From Octopus vulgaris (taxonomy: Eukaryota), in assembly GCA_951406725.2 (NCBI GenBank), contig OX597814.1, forward strand, positions 144,708,001 to 144,772,000: a DNA stretch of 64,000 nt. The letters run 5' to 3'. Every line of letters begins with the position of its first letter. The stretch's first letter is position 1. Below are positions 1 through 13,607 of this stretch, piece by piece. The position numbers and the translations under genes were made by a program. The notes under the pieces were generated by a model, which saw only the letters and a program-made list of their open reading frames with translations, made no database searches and was not told where the DNA came from.

Positions 1-59
1 ACATAATTTCTTCAGTATATTTATGACTTATTTGCTGTCACTTCGAACACAACTCTTAT

Positions 60-1430
60 GCAGATAATAGTCTTCACTCCTTAATCTTCCTTATATAGTT
101 GTCATTCGCAATGCCTGATTATTCACTGAATTACAACATTCTTCAAGGAGAATGTGGCGACTTAGTCTCCTACAAAAGCAACAGCATCCTTTTATCTTTT
201 ACTTGTTCCAGTCATTGGACTGCAGCCATACTGAGCACCGCATTGACGGGTTCAATAAATAAAATCACCATCAGTACTTATTTAATTAAAATTTGATACT
301 TATTCTATCGATGTCTCATGATCATATTCTGACACTATTCATCACTAATTCCCTAACAAACAAAGGATTTCGAGGGACCCACTGCAAGGCATTTTTCAAA
401 TGTTCTAACAATTCTGCCAATCCACTGCTGAGGGGATCTCCCAGATGTTATATATGTAACAATACTAAAATGACTTCACAAAGACTAGTTTCTTCTTCCG
501 GACCAGGAAACTCTACAACCCAGATCCATTTCAAAAACTCAATTAAGACCCACATTGGTGTACAGCTCACATATATGTATCTGTGCCACATACGAAATAA
601 TGCTGACACTTTGTCAGTTACAACGACGAGTGTTCTAATTGATCCGACCAACGGAACCGCTTGCTCGTTAAATTAACGCGCAAGTGGATTAGAATTCCAC
701 AGGCACGGGTACCCTTAACATAGTTCTCAGAGAGATGCAGTGTGACACAGAACGTGACAAGGCTGGCTCTTTGAATTATAGGTACAGCCCATTTTTTCCA
801 GCAGAGTGAACTGGAGCAACGGAAATAAAGTGTCTTGCTGCAGGACAACGCGCGGCCAGGTATTGAACTAACGACCTTATGATCGTGAGTCATATACTCT
901 AACCGCTAATCCACACGTTTTCACGCTACATAGAATATATACTGCATCTGAAAGAAGGCAGTGCGAAAGCAAGGCAAATATTAATTTACTAATACGCTAC
1001 ACCAATGGTTCCCAGCTGTTTTGTAACCTCGCTGCCATATCATTCTATGTTCAAGATACCAAGATACACAACGTACTTAATGGCATTTTCTGTCAGTTGT
1101 GTTATTCAAATTCAAGAACTCGTGACATTCTTACAACACCATACACCAGGTTTGGAAACGACTGCGGCAAAACCACAAGCTTATAGACACGCAGTTTATC
1201 TTCTCTACATTTACAATAGCCTCATCTCTAAACGTTTTGCATTACTCCAGGTTCATGGCTCACAAATCCTTCAATGCACCCGACTTCCCTCAACTCATCA
1301 TCCTTGCTCTGTCGTAAATCCTACGTCCATCACCAAACATTTTCCAAAATCATTTTTCGCCTCAGAGCTGTAATTCTCTGGAATCAACTAACAACATCGA
1401 TCTTATCAGTCAGGAATGATCTACAAAGGT
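60..1430 (+). mobile_element. Highly decayed CR1/L2-group LINE remnant (APE-like fragments, then RT C-terminal tail), interrupted by a SINE
   Basis: SHDHILTL (SDH-like motif, ~315); C-terminal AYRHAVYLLYIYN...HHP...KSFF...LWNQL pattern typical of CR1-group ORF2 ends (1180-1400); many stops and frameshifts. Confidence 0.4.
620..925 (-). mobile_element. tRNA-derived SINE family C
   Basis: Reverse complement shows a tRNA-like head, then the core ttgtcctgcagcaagacactttatttccgttgctccagttcactc shared with 39983-40220 and 51100-51212. Confidence 0.7.
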
Positions 1431-1459
1431 GAAGGTTACATTTCCTTTCCTTTCTCTTA

Positions 1460-1645
1460 ATTGGTTTCAAATTTTGGTACAAGGCTAGCAATTTCGAGGA
1501 AAGGGTAAGTCGATTAGACTGGTACTTATTTTATTGACCCCCCAAAGTCAACTACAGCGGAATTTGAGCTTAAGACGTTAAGAAAGACGAAATGCTGCCA
1601 AGCATTTTGTCTGACGTGCTATCGATTCTGTTAGCTCGCCATCTT
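1460..1645 (-). mobile_element. SINE family A copy
   Basis: ggtttcaaattttgg...ctggtacttatttta...aatttgagct...gattctgttagctcgcc matches the other family A copies. Confidence 0.75.
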
Positions 1646-2296
1646 TTTCCTTACTCTTATTAAATAATAAAAACGAGTGTTAATTAATTTATTGGATATT
1701 TCAATTTGTGAACAATAACGTCTTTGCTAACAGGTTTCCGATGGCAAGAGAGTATCAGCAATTTCCTGCAGAACAAATGTATCAAAAGTTTTCTTTCATA
1801 AATCATGAGTTTTTCGGTTTTCTCGCTGGTTTCAATATTTTTCGCCGATACATACACGCGCGCGCGCACACACAAACTAATATGACGGGCATCTGCACAG
1901 TTTCCAAATACCGAATTCCACGGATAATTATTAGTTAACTTGACGCTAGAGTACAAGACGGATATTCAAGGCGTTGTACGGTGATATCGAACCTGGAATA
2001 ACGTGGTTATGAAGTGAACCTCTTACCTACACAGCCATACTTGTACCCATATGTTGTATTACATAATTTTTCTGATATGGAGGGAAAGGCCCATCTAGGG
2101 TTTCCGTGAGAGGTGAAAAAGGATGGACACACTGTGGTGCTTGATAAAATTAAGATAGTTTCCAACTATTTGGTATAGCGAAGAAAGAAGAATTATATGG
2201 AGGCAAACTTTGTTTTATATTTTCATTAAAAAAAAAAACTAGAAGTAGGAAAAATCTCTGGTGCAAAAATCTCACAAATATTTTGGTGAGAGTATT

Positions 2297-2850
2297 TCAC
2301 CGAGGTTGACTTTGTCTTTCATCCTTTCGGGGTTGATAAAATAAGTTGTGTACTGGGGTTGATGAAATCGACTTGCCCCACCCTCGAAATTGCTGGCCTT
2401 GTACCAAAATTTGAAACCTATATTTGGGAGAGAGGAAATGGCGGTGAGCTGACAGAATCGTTTGCACTCCAGGCAAATTGCTTAACGGCATTTCGTCCGT
2501 CTTATTTCGTCTGCCGCTACGTTCTGAGTTCAAATTCTGCCGAGGTCAACTTTGCCTTTCATCCTTTCGGGGTCGATTAAATAAGTACCAGTTATACACT
2601 GGGGCCGATGTAATCGACTTAATCCGTTTGTCTGTCCTTGTTTGTCCTCTCTGTGTGTAGCCCCTTGTGGGCAGTAAAGAAATAGGCATTTCGTCCGTCT
2701 TTATGATTTGAGTTCAAATGTTGCTGAGACTGATTTTACCTTTTATCTTTTCGGGGTTGATAAAATAAGTACCAGCTGTGCATTGGGGCCGATGTAATCG
2801 ACTTACCCCATCCCCCGAAATTGCTGGCATTGGGACAAAATCTGAAACCT
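2297..2850 (+). mobile_element. Cluster of tandem/nested SINE family A copies
   Basis: A-box-like ggcggtgagctgacagaatcg, B-box gagttcaaattc; core ctttcatcctttcggggtcgattaaataagtaccag present three times. Confidence 0.85.
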
Positions 2851-3959
2851 GTATTTAGGAGTTGTCTTGGTATTTGTCAGCTTGAGAACCGTTGCTCTAA
2901 CACAAGTTTGTCAGGATCCATCCTCGCCTTTGATTATACACCTCGTACCAATGATACTCCTTTCTACTCTATTCTGGTACTCACAAATATTGTCCTTGCA
3001 AAAAGAAACTGATAAATATTTCTCTGTAACAGACCTTGATCAAAAGCGTTCAACCATAATCATCCCTTCTATTTTCAGATATAGTGTATCTTGGGCTACA
3101 TTAATCAACGTGTCCTTCCATTTTTGTAACAACAGGTAGAATGTGAGTTGAGGGAAATTTAGCTGTTATATCTAGTAGGTAGAGCGACAGCGTAGAGAAT
3201 TTTTAAAGTAAGGCTCCAAAACCTGTTTAAGTAATGATGTAAAATAACCCAGGATTCAAAGAAAACAAAGACCATCTCAATTGCTTTTAAAAATGTTTCT
3301 TATAGGATATTAAAATCTAAATTTTAAAAAAAAATCATCTTATTAGATTAATTAATATCAATAAATATAAAAAGTCAAACACGGTGACATAAAGAATAGC
3401 ACAGAAGCGAAATTATTAAAACGGATTGATGAACTAAGGGATTCCATTCAAAACAACATCGCTTCAGATTTATGAAAAATAACGTTGCTTCATTTTTGAT
3501 ATAGCTACATCAAAGACAGAACCTTAAAATATCAGAGCAGCTTGGATGCTATTATCAATGTCAAACCAATTTTTGTACTTTTCTTTTAAATAATAAGGAT
3601 TATTATGGAGAAATAATAAAAAAGTTGGCAAAAATTATGGATCAATTTTCAATTTCATAAGAATTGTTATGGATCAATTTTGAAGTTCATAAAGATTATT
3701 ATGGATCAGTTTCCAAGATCACAGATTTTAGCATGGAGAAATAAAAAATGAAAGATGCTTACATGAAAATAGCTGATAATAAAAATTAATAAAAACCATT
3801 AAAAACCTAACGGATTTTATTTAAAACAACTTTAGTTTAGATTTAGGGAAAATGCTTTTTTAATTTTTGATATAACATCAAAATTAGAAATCTTTGATGT
3901 CAGAGCAATTGGGATGCTGTCTTCAGAGCCCAACGTGTTTCTGTACTTTGCTTTTTTAA

Positions 3960-5225
3960 GTCACAAATGCTGAAAATCTTTCTACTCGAAGTCGTAGCAA
4001 AAGATAGCAATATTTTCATCATATCTACAAGCATAGTTTTGAAGGTATTTTCAACTTTGACATTCAAACAGAGAAGTAATCTGCCTTGTTCTGAAATTCC
4101 ATGAATGGTTTTCTATTGTTGAGGCGAAGCCCAAGAAATGCCTCTACCAATTCTGTAAATTACAGTCAGTTTACACCAACAATTTTACAGTTAAAGAGAT
4201 TCGTAACTCTGGATTTCGTATTCAGAGAATCACTGTTTGAATTTGATTAGATGCCTTCAGACACTTTGATATCTACAATGTTCTAAAAACCATACTAGTT
4301 TTGAAACATAGCCATCTGTACACTTCCTGTACCTGTACAGAAGCGTTGATCCAGATACTGAAATCTTTTGACTTGCAAAAAATGGCATTGATAAATTCTT
4401 CCTTGCAATTTCTTCTTCAATGCATTTAACATGCCGGAAGATATCAACTAAACATGAGAAATGTGCCAATCAAATGGAGATATTGAATTTATTTTCAAGG
4501 GTATGTTTTCGTCTTAGTTAAAAGTTTTGAATTCAGTTGTGATACCCCAAGCTCTATTGGGAACATCACATTGAAACCACTTAGCTTTGAGTGAATATTG
4601 AATCCCCCTCATAAATCACGAGGCAGCCGTCACGTTTTTAGTGAATCCTCTTTGACAGCGTTGCAAATCTTAATCACACCATTCACGACAGCCTCCAATT
4701 AGGTTGCAACTGCCCCATAACCAATACTTGGCACTAGCTCACACTTTGAGTAACTTGAATTTTAGAATGATGCTTTTTTTGTCAAATTTATAAAACTCTG
4801 CATGACCTAATGGTTGTAGGTCTATTAACAGACACACTGATACGCCTTCACTATTTCACATCAACCCTTGCATGTTGAAATATGTTTTAGCCTTGTTAAA
4901 GGCATTAAATCCACAAGGTTTCAATGCAAATAGAGAACAGAACATTTGTTCTTCAAATATGTGAGAATCCCTCTAACGAACATATACCATCACTTGAGAA
5001 TTGTTATTAGCATTTATGGTTCCTCATAAATTTGTATAGCACAATAATTAATTGAAGAAATCTCATGATCTCTCAAATTTTCTACTATAATAGAAATTTG
5101 CTCATTTACAACTTTTGTAGATACGAATCTCTTACAATTACACGGCTTCTTTCTTTTCACAGATGATCTCAGCTGCAAATTTGACCAACTCTTCTGCAAC
5201 AGTGAATGGAGTTTCTTTTCAGGGA
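3960..5225 (-). mobile_element. Decayed hAT (Charlie/Buster-type, ZBED5/FAM200-like) transposase
   Basis: Manual minus-strand translation gives TPFTVAEELVKFAAEIIC, LEAVVNGVIKICNAVK, CLVDIF and MKILLSFATT in the collinear order of Charlie/Buster transposases; many stops. Confidence 0.75.
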
Positions 5226-6619
5226 ACCAAAGTTATGGATTAACAGTTACTACTCTTGAAGACCTGAGTCCAAATTTAGTTCAGATCGATTTTATGTTTC
5301 AGGTTACTTGTGACGTCTCTCATGAGAGCTACTGGTAACATGGAATCCAGTATGACCTGTTGCGCGGTCGGGACATTGGTGACTTAACCAGAACTCCCAT
5401 TAGGCTTGTTTGGTGAAGAGGGTTGCTAGAAACCCAGTAGGACAAAAAAAAAAAACAAAACAAAACAAAACCTGTCAAAAGGTTGGATTAACCTGGTGTA
5501 GGCTCATCGACTATCTAGCAATAGTATGAGCCCTAAGAAATTCCGGGTTGATGTCCGATATACTGGAAGACCACTGAGATTGAGGTATCTCTTAGCTTTT
5601 GTTAAAGTATGTCTCTAGAACCCATTTCAAATCAAGGCTACGACTGCTCCGATAATCGGCGGTGACTTGGTTAGCGAATTCTTTGCGGCATGATGTGCTG
5701 CTGCGGATCACATTATCCCAAAGTATGTATGCATGTGATCAGGGACCACATGTGAACTTGCATTCCAACTGAAAGTCCGAATATTGTCAGAGCCGGCTCA
5801 ACCCATCATCGGTAGATGCCGTCGCAAGTATAAGTACAACTTCTGGCGACGAATTGGCAGAGTCATTAAAACGCCGGATAGAACGATAGAACGCCTAGCG
5901 ATGTTCATTCCCGCTCTCTTTGGCTTTCATCCTTCGTTATCGATATTTAAAGTAACAACATTGAGGTTGATTCTTCTCTCTTTTCTGAAAGAAATCGGTT
6001 GCGTTTAGATGTAGAGACATCATCTGTCACTCAATCAGGAGTCGAGGGCAGAAAAAAAGGAAGGAAGGAAAACGTCAACGAGGCTACTTCAAAGCTAACC
6101 CTTGGTTCTGAGCATTGATGCAGCTTTCTTATCTCATTCTAATGTTTACCTTTTGAACGTTATTTCCAAAGTCTCAAAGTATTCCTGTTGTTTGGACGAG
6201 AGACGTGTGTGTAAAATGTCAAAGTGTTTCTTTAGTTGATTCTTTTTGAAAGACTCTGAAGTCAGAACATTCAGACAGACAACACGTTGTGGCTTTTATT
6301 TGTTCTCTCTCTCTCCTGTATTTCTGTGAAGCCATAGTTAATGAACTTTGCTTGGTATTTCCTTTTGCTGATTGATGTCATCACTTTTCAAAAAAAGTTC
6401 AGAGCCAATTGATAAATTTTTAAAAATATTAATAATGTTAAATTTTTTAGTTGAAATTATTAGTAAAAAAAATATTTGAAATCACACACACACACACACA
6501 CACAAACAAACAAATGGAACAAGACATGAAAAAAGTATAACATGAGCGATTCATTATTGAATTTGTAGTTATCATTCATGTAAAAATAAATTTTAAAATA
6601 CAAACAATATAAAAGTATA

Positions 6620-7200
<581 letters not shown>

Positions 7201-7523
7201 ATACATACATAGAAATTTCGTCACGTAATATTTATGTCCTGTGTTTGCTTCTTCGCTTTCCATCTATCTGTTTGACTATCTTTCTCCTTCTGAAAGAAAT
7301 TTACTGTGGGTCGAACTGGAGGATGAACTCTATCAAGTCTAAAAATTTCCATTATATACAATATATCACAACGATTCTATTAGGAACTGAAGGAGCAAAG
7401 CAAGGCGCATTTATGAACAAATGAAAACTGAGACGAAATATTTCAATATTTAGTTTCAGTTGCTGTCAGAACTGGTAAAGTATTTTCACTGAGTCTTGAT
7501 TTATTACGTTAAATTGTATCTGT

Positions 7524-7892
7524 TACTTGTTTTAGTTATTAGATTGCGGCTATGCTGGAATACAGCCTTAAAGAATTTTTAGCTGAATAATGAATCCACT
7601 TTGGTACTTAATTCTTAAAGCTTGGTACTTATTCTATCAGACTCTTTTGTCGAACCGTTAAGTTCCTAGGACGTAAACGCATTAACACCGGTTGTCAAGC
7701 GGTGATGGGATACACAAACAGACACAAATACACACACACGTACACACACACACATGATAAGCTCTTTAAACTTTCGTCTACCAAATCCACTCACAAGGCT
7801 TTGGTCGACCCGAGGTGTATCGCAGTGGGACTGAACCCGGAGCCTTGTGGTTGGGGACCAAGCTTCTTACCACACAGCCATTCATGCGCCTA
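7524..7892 (-). mobile_element. SINE family B
   Basis: Reverse-complement match to 30553-30930. Confidence 0.8.
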
Positions 7893-8553
7893 TGAAGAAA
7901 TCTGATGAACTTTAGCATTTAATATTTAATTATTTGCTCCTGTGCTAATGAAAGATGTTTTATTTGATAATTTTTTCTTTGAAAAGTCCTTGAATTTTTA
8001 TATACTGTTACATGACACCTTTACCTTTTATAGAAACAATAACAATATGACTTTAAAATATTTGTCATATACAATACAATTAACATACACTTTTAATAGA
8101 TTTGTAAAACTCATAACCCTTTTTTTACTAAAAGAAAAAAAATCGTATTTTTCATTGATTTCGACATTTTTTCAGAGAACTTTGCCACAAAATAACCAGC
8201 GAACTTTTGTGTGAGATAGATTTTAAAGCTAGTTTCTCATTTAATTAGAAATTGGTTTAAATACTATATTATTTAGAATTAAAACTATTCATTATTCATT
8301 TAATTATATAATTCTAGCGACTAAAAAAATACGTAAATTTTTAAGTTTGGATTTAATTAAATCTATAACTTAAAATATAACCGAAAGATAAATTGAAAAA
8401 ATAAATTAAAATAATCTTTGATTTAAATTATCAAAGACTCCATTTAATTTCACCCACCTCCCCACCAAAAAACAACAAAAAAAACCGAACGATGAAATTT
8501 AAACGTTTAAAACATTTTTTAATGAATGAAAAATACATACGTACGTGCATAAG

Positions 8554-8622
<69 letters not shown>

Positions 8623-8989
8623 GCACACAAAGTAAAATTGAAATAATTAAGCAACCGATTACAATATTTTTTTAAGATTCGTAACAAAAGGTGGGCAAAG
8701 AACAATAATAAATTACGATATTTATGGACAGAGTTCTTGGTTCATTTTTACGAATTGCCTTGGGTAAACCATGTAAATTATCTAATGAATCTACAAATGT
8801 GTGCACCTTATTTTATGAGCTTCTGATATATCTTATATTTGTTTATAACAAAACATTGAAAAAGTAAATCATGCATACACACACATGCTTATTTACTTTA
8901 AAGTGTTGTGCCCTTTTTAAAACGTAAAAATCAAAATCAAAAGTTACATCCCTTTCAATTTGCTACCACGTGAATGCAAAACATAAAGA

Positions 8990-9168
8990 ATATATTGTGT
9001 TTTTATCCACAATGGAGACGAACACCATTCCTCCATGTGATCGGCTTGAAAAATTGTTAAGATATTAAGATATTTTTTCTTAACATGAAACCAATGCTAG
9101 CCTCAATACACAAATAAAGAAATTCTATTCACCAATGCGGTGTTGAGCACTCATTTTCATCGTTCAAC

Positions 9169-9172
<4 letters not shown>
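8990..9172 (+). repeat. Dispersed repeat, probable PLE 3' tail (second copy at 43690-43870)
   Basis: ccatgtgatcggcttgaa...gatattaagatatttt...gtgttgagcactcattttcatc is shared with 43690-43865; both end at a microsatellite. Confidence 0.65.
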
Positions 9173-9204
<32 letters not shown>

Positions 9205-9229
9205 TCTCTCTCTTTATTTCATCGTTTTC

Positions 9230-9265
9230 CTTTCTGTTGAAGAGCGTAGGCTTAAAACGTAAAAG
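9230..9265 (+). ncRNA. Minimal type-I hammerhead-like motif (degenerate, A6U variant)
   Basis: cttt-CTGTTGA-A-gagc(gtag)gctt-AAAA-CG-TA-aaag; same family as the better-preserved copy at 59008-59043. Confidence 0.55.
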
Positions 9266-9446
9266 ACTTTCTCACCTTCCCGAGCGTCAAATTAATACAC
9301 CTGCTTGTTGTTTATACACCTGTATTCATCTTTTTTTCTGTAAATGTCAACTATATATATATATATATAGAATGGTGGTACAACAATGCTCCAATATTTA
9401 CTGGAAATAACAGCCGATAATATACGATGCTATAATAGCGTTACAC

Positions 9447-9555
<109 letters not shown>

Positions 9556-9747
9556 AAGGGGTTTGTATGTTTGTGTAAAGAGGGATAAATATTATTCAAA
9601 GAAATTCCAACTCTGTCTGTTTTTTATGTTTTATTTATATTCTTTATAATATTAATGTAGAATATAGAATATATAGTATAAATAATATATATATAGTAAA
9701 ATGAAAGGAAGTATTGAATAGATGAAATATTGAATATAAAATATTAA

Positions 9748-9791
9748 GGGACTAGTATACTTTCTTGCATTATAGCAGTCTTCAAGGTCCC
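9748..9791 (-). ncRNA. Minimal type-I hammerhead-like motif
   Basis: Minus strand gggac-CTTGAAGA-ctgc(tataat)gcaa-GAAA-gtatac-TA-gtccc: 5-bp stem I, palindromic stem III. Confidence 0.6.
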
Positions 9792-9810
9792 AGGTTGTGA
9801 CAGGAGTGTT

Positions 9811-9907
<97 letters not shown>

Positions 9908-9996
9908 TAATAATATACATATGTATATAATTATATTAAGGGAGCAAGGGCCAAAACAACCTATCTTCAGCATGCTTGAAGTGCTGATACATTAAA

Positions 9997-10549
9997 AAAA
10001 CTACCGAAAACTCCAGGTAAATATACATATGGCTGAAACCGGGGTAGTGAAAGAATATCAAAAAACCTCACGTTAATTGGGAATTGGTTCTAATTTCTGG
10101 ATTGAAGCAAAAAAAAAAAAAAGCAGCTTTCTTCTTTCGTTAACACTATACACGGGGAAATATAAAATCATATAACTGTACATACCGTACAAAGCAGGTT
10201 CACATATCTATATACAAATATTTGCAACTATAGATCCAAGGTAAGTCAATTTTGAATCCCCTCACAACAGCCAACGTGTATATTACAAGAATAGCCAAGC
10301 AGTAAACGCAAGGATAAAAATCACGTTAATGATTTTTATTAGGTAGTCAGCATGCTATAAAAATTTATAGGCAATTTATACATTAAATTAACAATTTATA
10401 TTTCCCCGTGTATTGTATTAACGAAGGAAGAAAGCTTTAATCCAGAAATTGGAACCAATTCACAATTAAAGTGAGGTATTTTTAATATTATTTCACTATC
10501 CCACTTTCAACCATGCGTTTATTTATCTGGAGTTTTTGGTAGATTTTTG
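9997..10549. repeat. Inverted repeat, arms ~9997-10168 and ~10394-10549 (PLE-type fold-back element)
   Basis: ctaccgaaaactccaggtaaat...cacggggaaatataaa versus tttatatttccccgtg...tttatctggagtttttggtag. Confidence 0.85.
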
Positions 10550-10591
10550 AAGGTATATATATATATAAATGTATGTATGTATGTATATACG

Positions 10592-11026
10592 TGGGGACAT
10601 AGAAATAATCGGACTGAATACCCGATCGCGCGGTTAAACCATTGGAAGTGAAGGACTCCTAGCCTTTGTTAGGGCATCCTTCTAGGAGAAGGTAACTCAG
10701 GTAACTGGGATAACTCCGACATAAAACTTGCGGCTCAGTGGTTACCGATGATGTTGACTTGTTCTTCTTTTCGGATTATGGCTGCTGTTGCTTAGTGAGT
10801 GGGATTGACTCAGTGCACAGCCTTTCCTCACTTAAAAAAAATCTTCTTGCACAGGCATTGCACGATAACAACATTGTTCATGATTGTTGATGGTGCTGTG
10901 AGTCTCAACTGAATGGCTGGCTGTAGCCTTAAAAAGCAAATAAAAGTCACATTCGATCACAGCACCAATAACAGTTAAGCCTCGTGCAATGGTCATACTC
11001 AATAACGAGGGGGCAGCCATCATCAT
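10592..11026 (+). mobile_element. Unclassified interspersed repeat with (CAT)n tail, possibly RTE-dependent
   Basis: GC-richer 430-bp block between TATG microsatellites, ending catcatcat. Confidence 0.4.
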
Positions 11027-11164
11027 GTATGTATGTATGTATGTATGTATGTATGTATGTATGTGTGTATGTAAATGTATCTTACCTACTTTCTCTTATA
11101 CGAGCAAAGCCATTGCTAGAAAGAATCATCACTGAAATGAGTCATTGTTGATGAAATGTGAGAT

Positions 11165-11309
11165 CTTTTACAGGGCTTAGAAAAACTGAAGGACTGCTGC
11201 AATAAGTGTGTGGATCTGAGAGGGAAATATGTTGAATAAAATCATAATTAACTGATCCTCTGGTATTTTCTTTTACCCAAGGTCAGGAACTTTTCAGCAT
11301 CCCCTCATA
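11165..11309 (+). mobile_element. Partial mariner-derived MITE (family of 18616-18822)
   Basis: gaaaaactgaaggactgctgcaataagtgtgtgg...aggaacttttcagcatcccctcata. Confidence 0.75.
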
Positions 11310-11699
11310 CACACACACAACTTTAGGACGAAAAAAAAGCACATAGAAATGAAAACGAAAATTTGGAAACAGGATTGAGGCTAATATTAAAAACTGAACT
11401 CAATTTTCCGTGAAAACAGCTATAAATCCGCTAGCCATACCGATTATAAATCATAGCTAAATCACACCTCCAGTATAATAAACGGGAGGTTAAATGAGTT
11501 GGAAAGTTTACACTGGACAACTAGGAAGCTACTGACTGTGTATGTAAGGAAACCATGAGCTCAATGTAGATATTTGTGGTCTGACACAAATAGAAAACCA
11601 TTATTAATTAATAATAGCCGAACCTGGTAAAACACTTAGGAACAAACTGTGAAAGACTGGTGAACGCAATTAAGAAATACAGAAAAAAACAAAAACTTT

Positions 11700-12900
11700 T
11701 CTCTATATAGAAGGAAGCGATAAATTACAAAACAAACACAAACGACATTGTAACAATAAATTTTAGATAACACTGCAACAGAGCTGGTTAAGGAGACACA
11801 AAGAAAGCAACAACAACACGAAACAGTATTACAAAATATACTAAAGATGAAATACGGAGATAAACTACTCCACGGCAAGTTACTCCCCGCAAGGCTCGAG
11901 AGCGACGAAATACGCCAAAGTGAAAGACTCATAAGCTCCGGACTAAAAGCAGTAACAGAAGGACTGATTGTCACCGCGAAAGAACAATGGCTGATCACAC
12001 ACAATTATAAGAACAAAATATGGAACCCAACACCAAATGCAAAATGTACAACTAACACAATGAAACGGCTGATCGCACCATTTCCAACAGTCCTGTCTTT
12101 GCAAAATCTAAATATATACACAGATATGACTGAGGGGATGGTTATATCCACCGGGCAATATGTGCACACTTTGAAGTGAAAACACAATTTATGGTATAAA
12201 CATGTACCAAGCACAGTACATGGCAACGACCCGAGCACAACTATCTATTATAAGCCTGCTCATATTGCTTAATAAATCAACGAAAAGTATCCAGACGTCA
12301 TCACCGAGGGCTAGAAAGAAAAGACATACATACGGATAGACATAACAATCTCTTCTGCAAAAATATTGCATGAAAAAATGCAGAAAAAATGTCAAAATGT
12401 GATCTCGAAATCAAAATATTAGAGTCGTGGAACATGAAGGTGAAAAGAGTACCAATAACTTAATTGGAGCGTATGATAAAAGAATACAGAAAGAAAACAC
12501 AGAAGCCATATCAGGGTTGAAAACATTATACACTGTTCCAAAATAGCTCTGGCAGGAACAGCCCACATTCTGTACAAGATATCATTAATTTAATAGCGCA
12601 GCTAAAATAGAAGTCTTCACAGACAGAACAAACGCTATCCAATTAGCACCCAATAAAATATAACAGCAGATCAAACATATACTCTACAAAATTAATGCCC
12701 ACTAAAAATAATAACTCACATGACACGCACTACACACTACTGGAAAACCTCACTAACAAAACGAACTGATGTAGTACACAAGCTGGAAAAATCTTCACTC
12801 CCTCATCCTCCATATAAAGAAGACTATACGATACAGTACACAGGAACATAGAGGTTCACCAGGAGGTGTAGCTGAAACTTGAATGAAACCAGCGAAGAGG
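11700..12900 (+). mobile_element. Decayed R4/Dong-clade non-LTR retrotransposon, 3' part
   Basis: LHGK...GLKAVTEGLIVTAKEQWLITHNYKNKI, CCHC/RHD region remnants, WYKH and REL-nuclease tail remnants; frameshifted. Confidence 0.75.
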
Positions 12901-12919
12901 CAACAACAACCAAAATAAT

Positions 12920-13296
12920 GCTTTCAAATTTTGGCACAAGGCCAGCAACTTCGGGATGGGGCTAAGTCTGACATAGCGACTTGAGTGCTCAACTAGTATT
13001 TATTTTATCTAAGCCGAAAGTCAACTTCGGCGGAATTTGAACTCAGAATATACAGAGAGACGAAATGCCGCTGAGCATTTTGCCCGACGTGCTAGCGATT
13101 CTGCCAGCACGCCGCCCATACAATTCTTAATAATTCTTTCTACAAAAGACACAAGGTGCTTAATTTATCGACCACTAAATGAGGGAAGGCAAAGTCGACC
13201 TGGGCAGAATTTAAACTCAGAATGTAAAGTCGGACGAAATGCCGCTAAGCATTCTGCTCGGCGTGCTAATGATTCTGCCAGCTCACCGCATTATAT

Positions 13297-13340
<44 letters not shown>

Positions 13341-13524
13341 ATCCGTTCTGCTATTTAGGAAATTTTGGGGGAGGGGACCAGTCGATTACATCGACCCCAG
13401 TGTTTCACTGGTACTTAATTTTTCGATCCCGAAAGGACGAAAGCAAAGTCGACCCCGGTGAAATTTGAACTCAGAACAAGAAGACAGACAAAATACCGCC
13501 AAGAATTTTGCTAGGTCACCGCCT

Positions 13525-13525
<1 letters not shown>
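12920..13525 (-). mobile_element. Three SINE family A copies interleaved with (TAC)n
   Basis: Repeated gaatttgaactcagaa / gaaatgccgctaagcatt / gattctgccagc motifs. Confidence 0.8.
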
Positions 13526-13575
<50 letters not shown>

Positions 13576-13607
13576 GACTACTACTACTACTACTACTACT
13601 AAAAACA

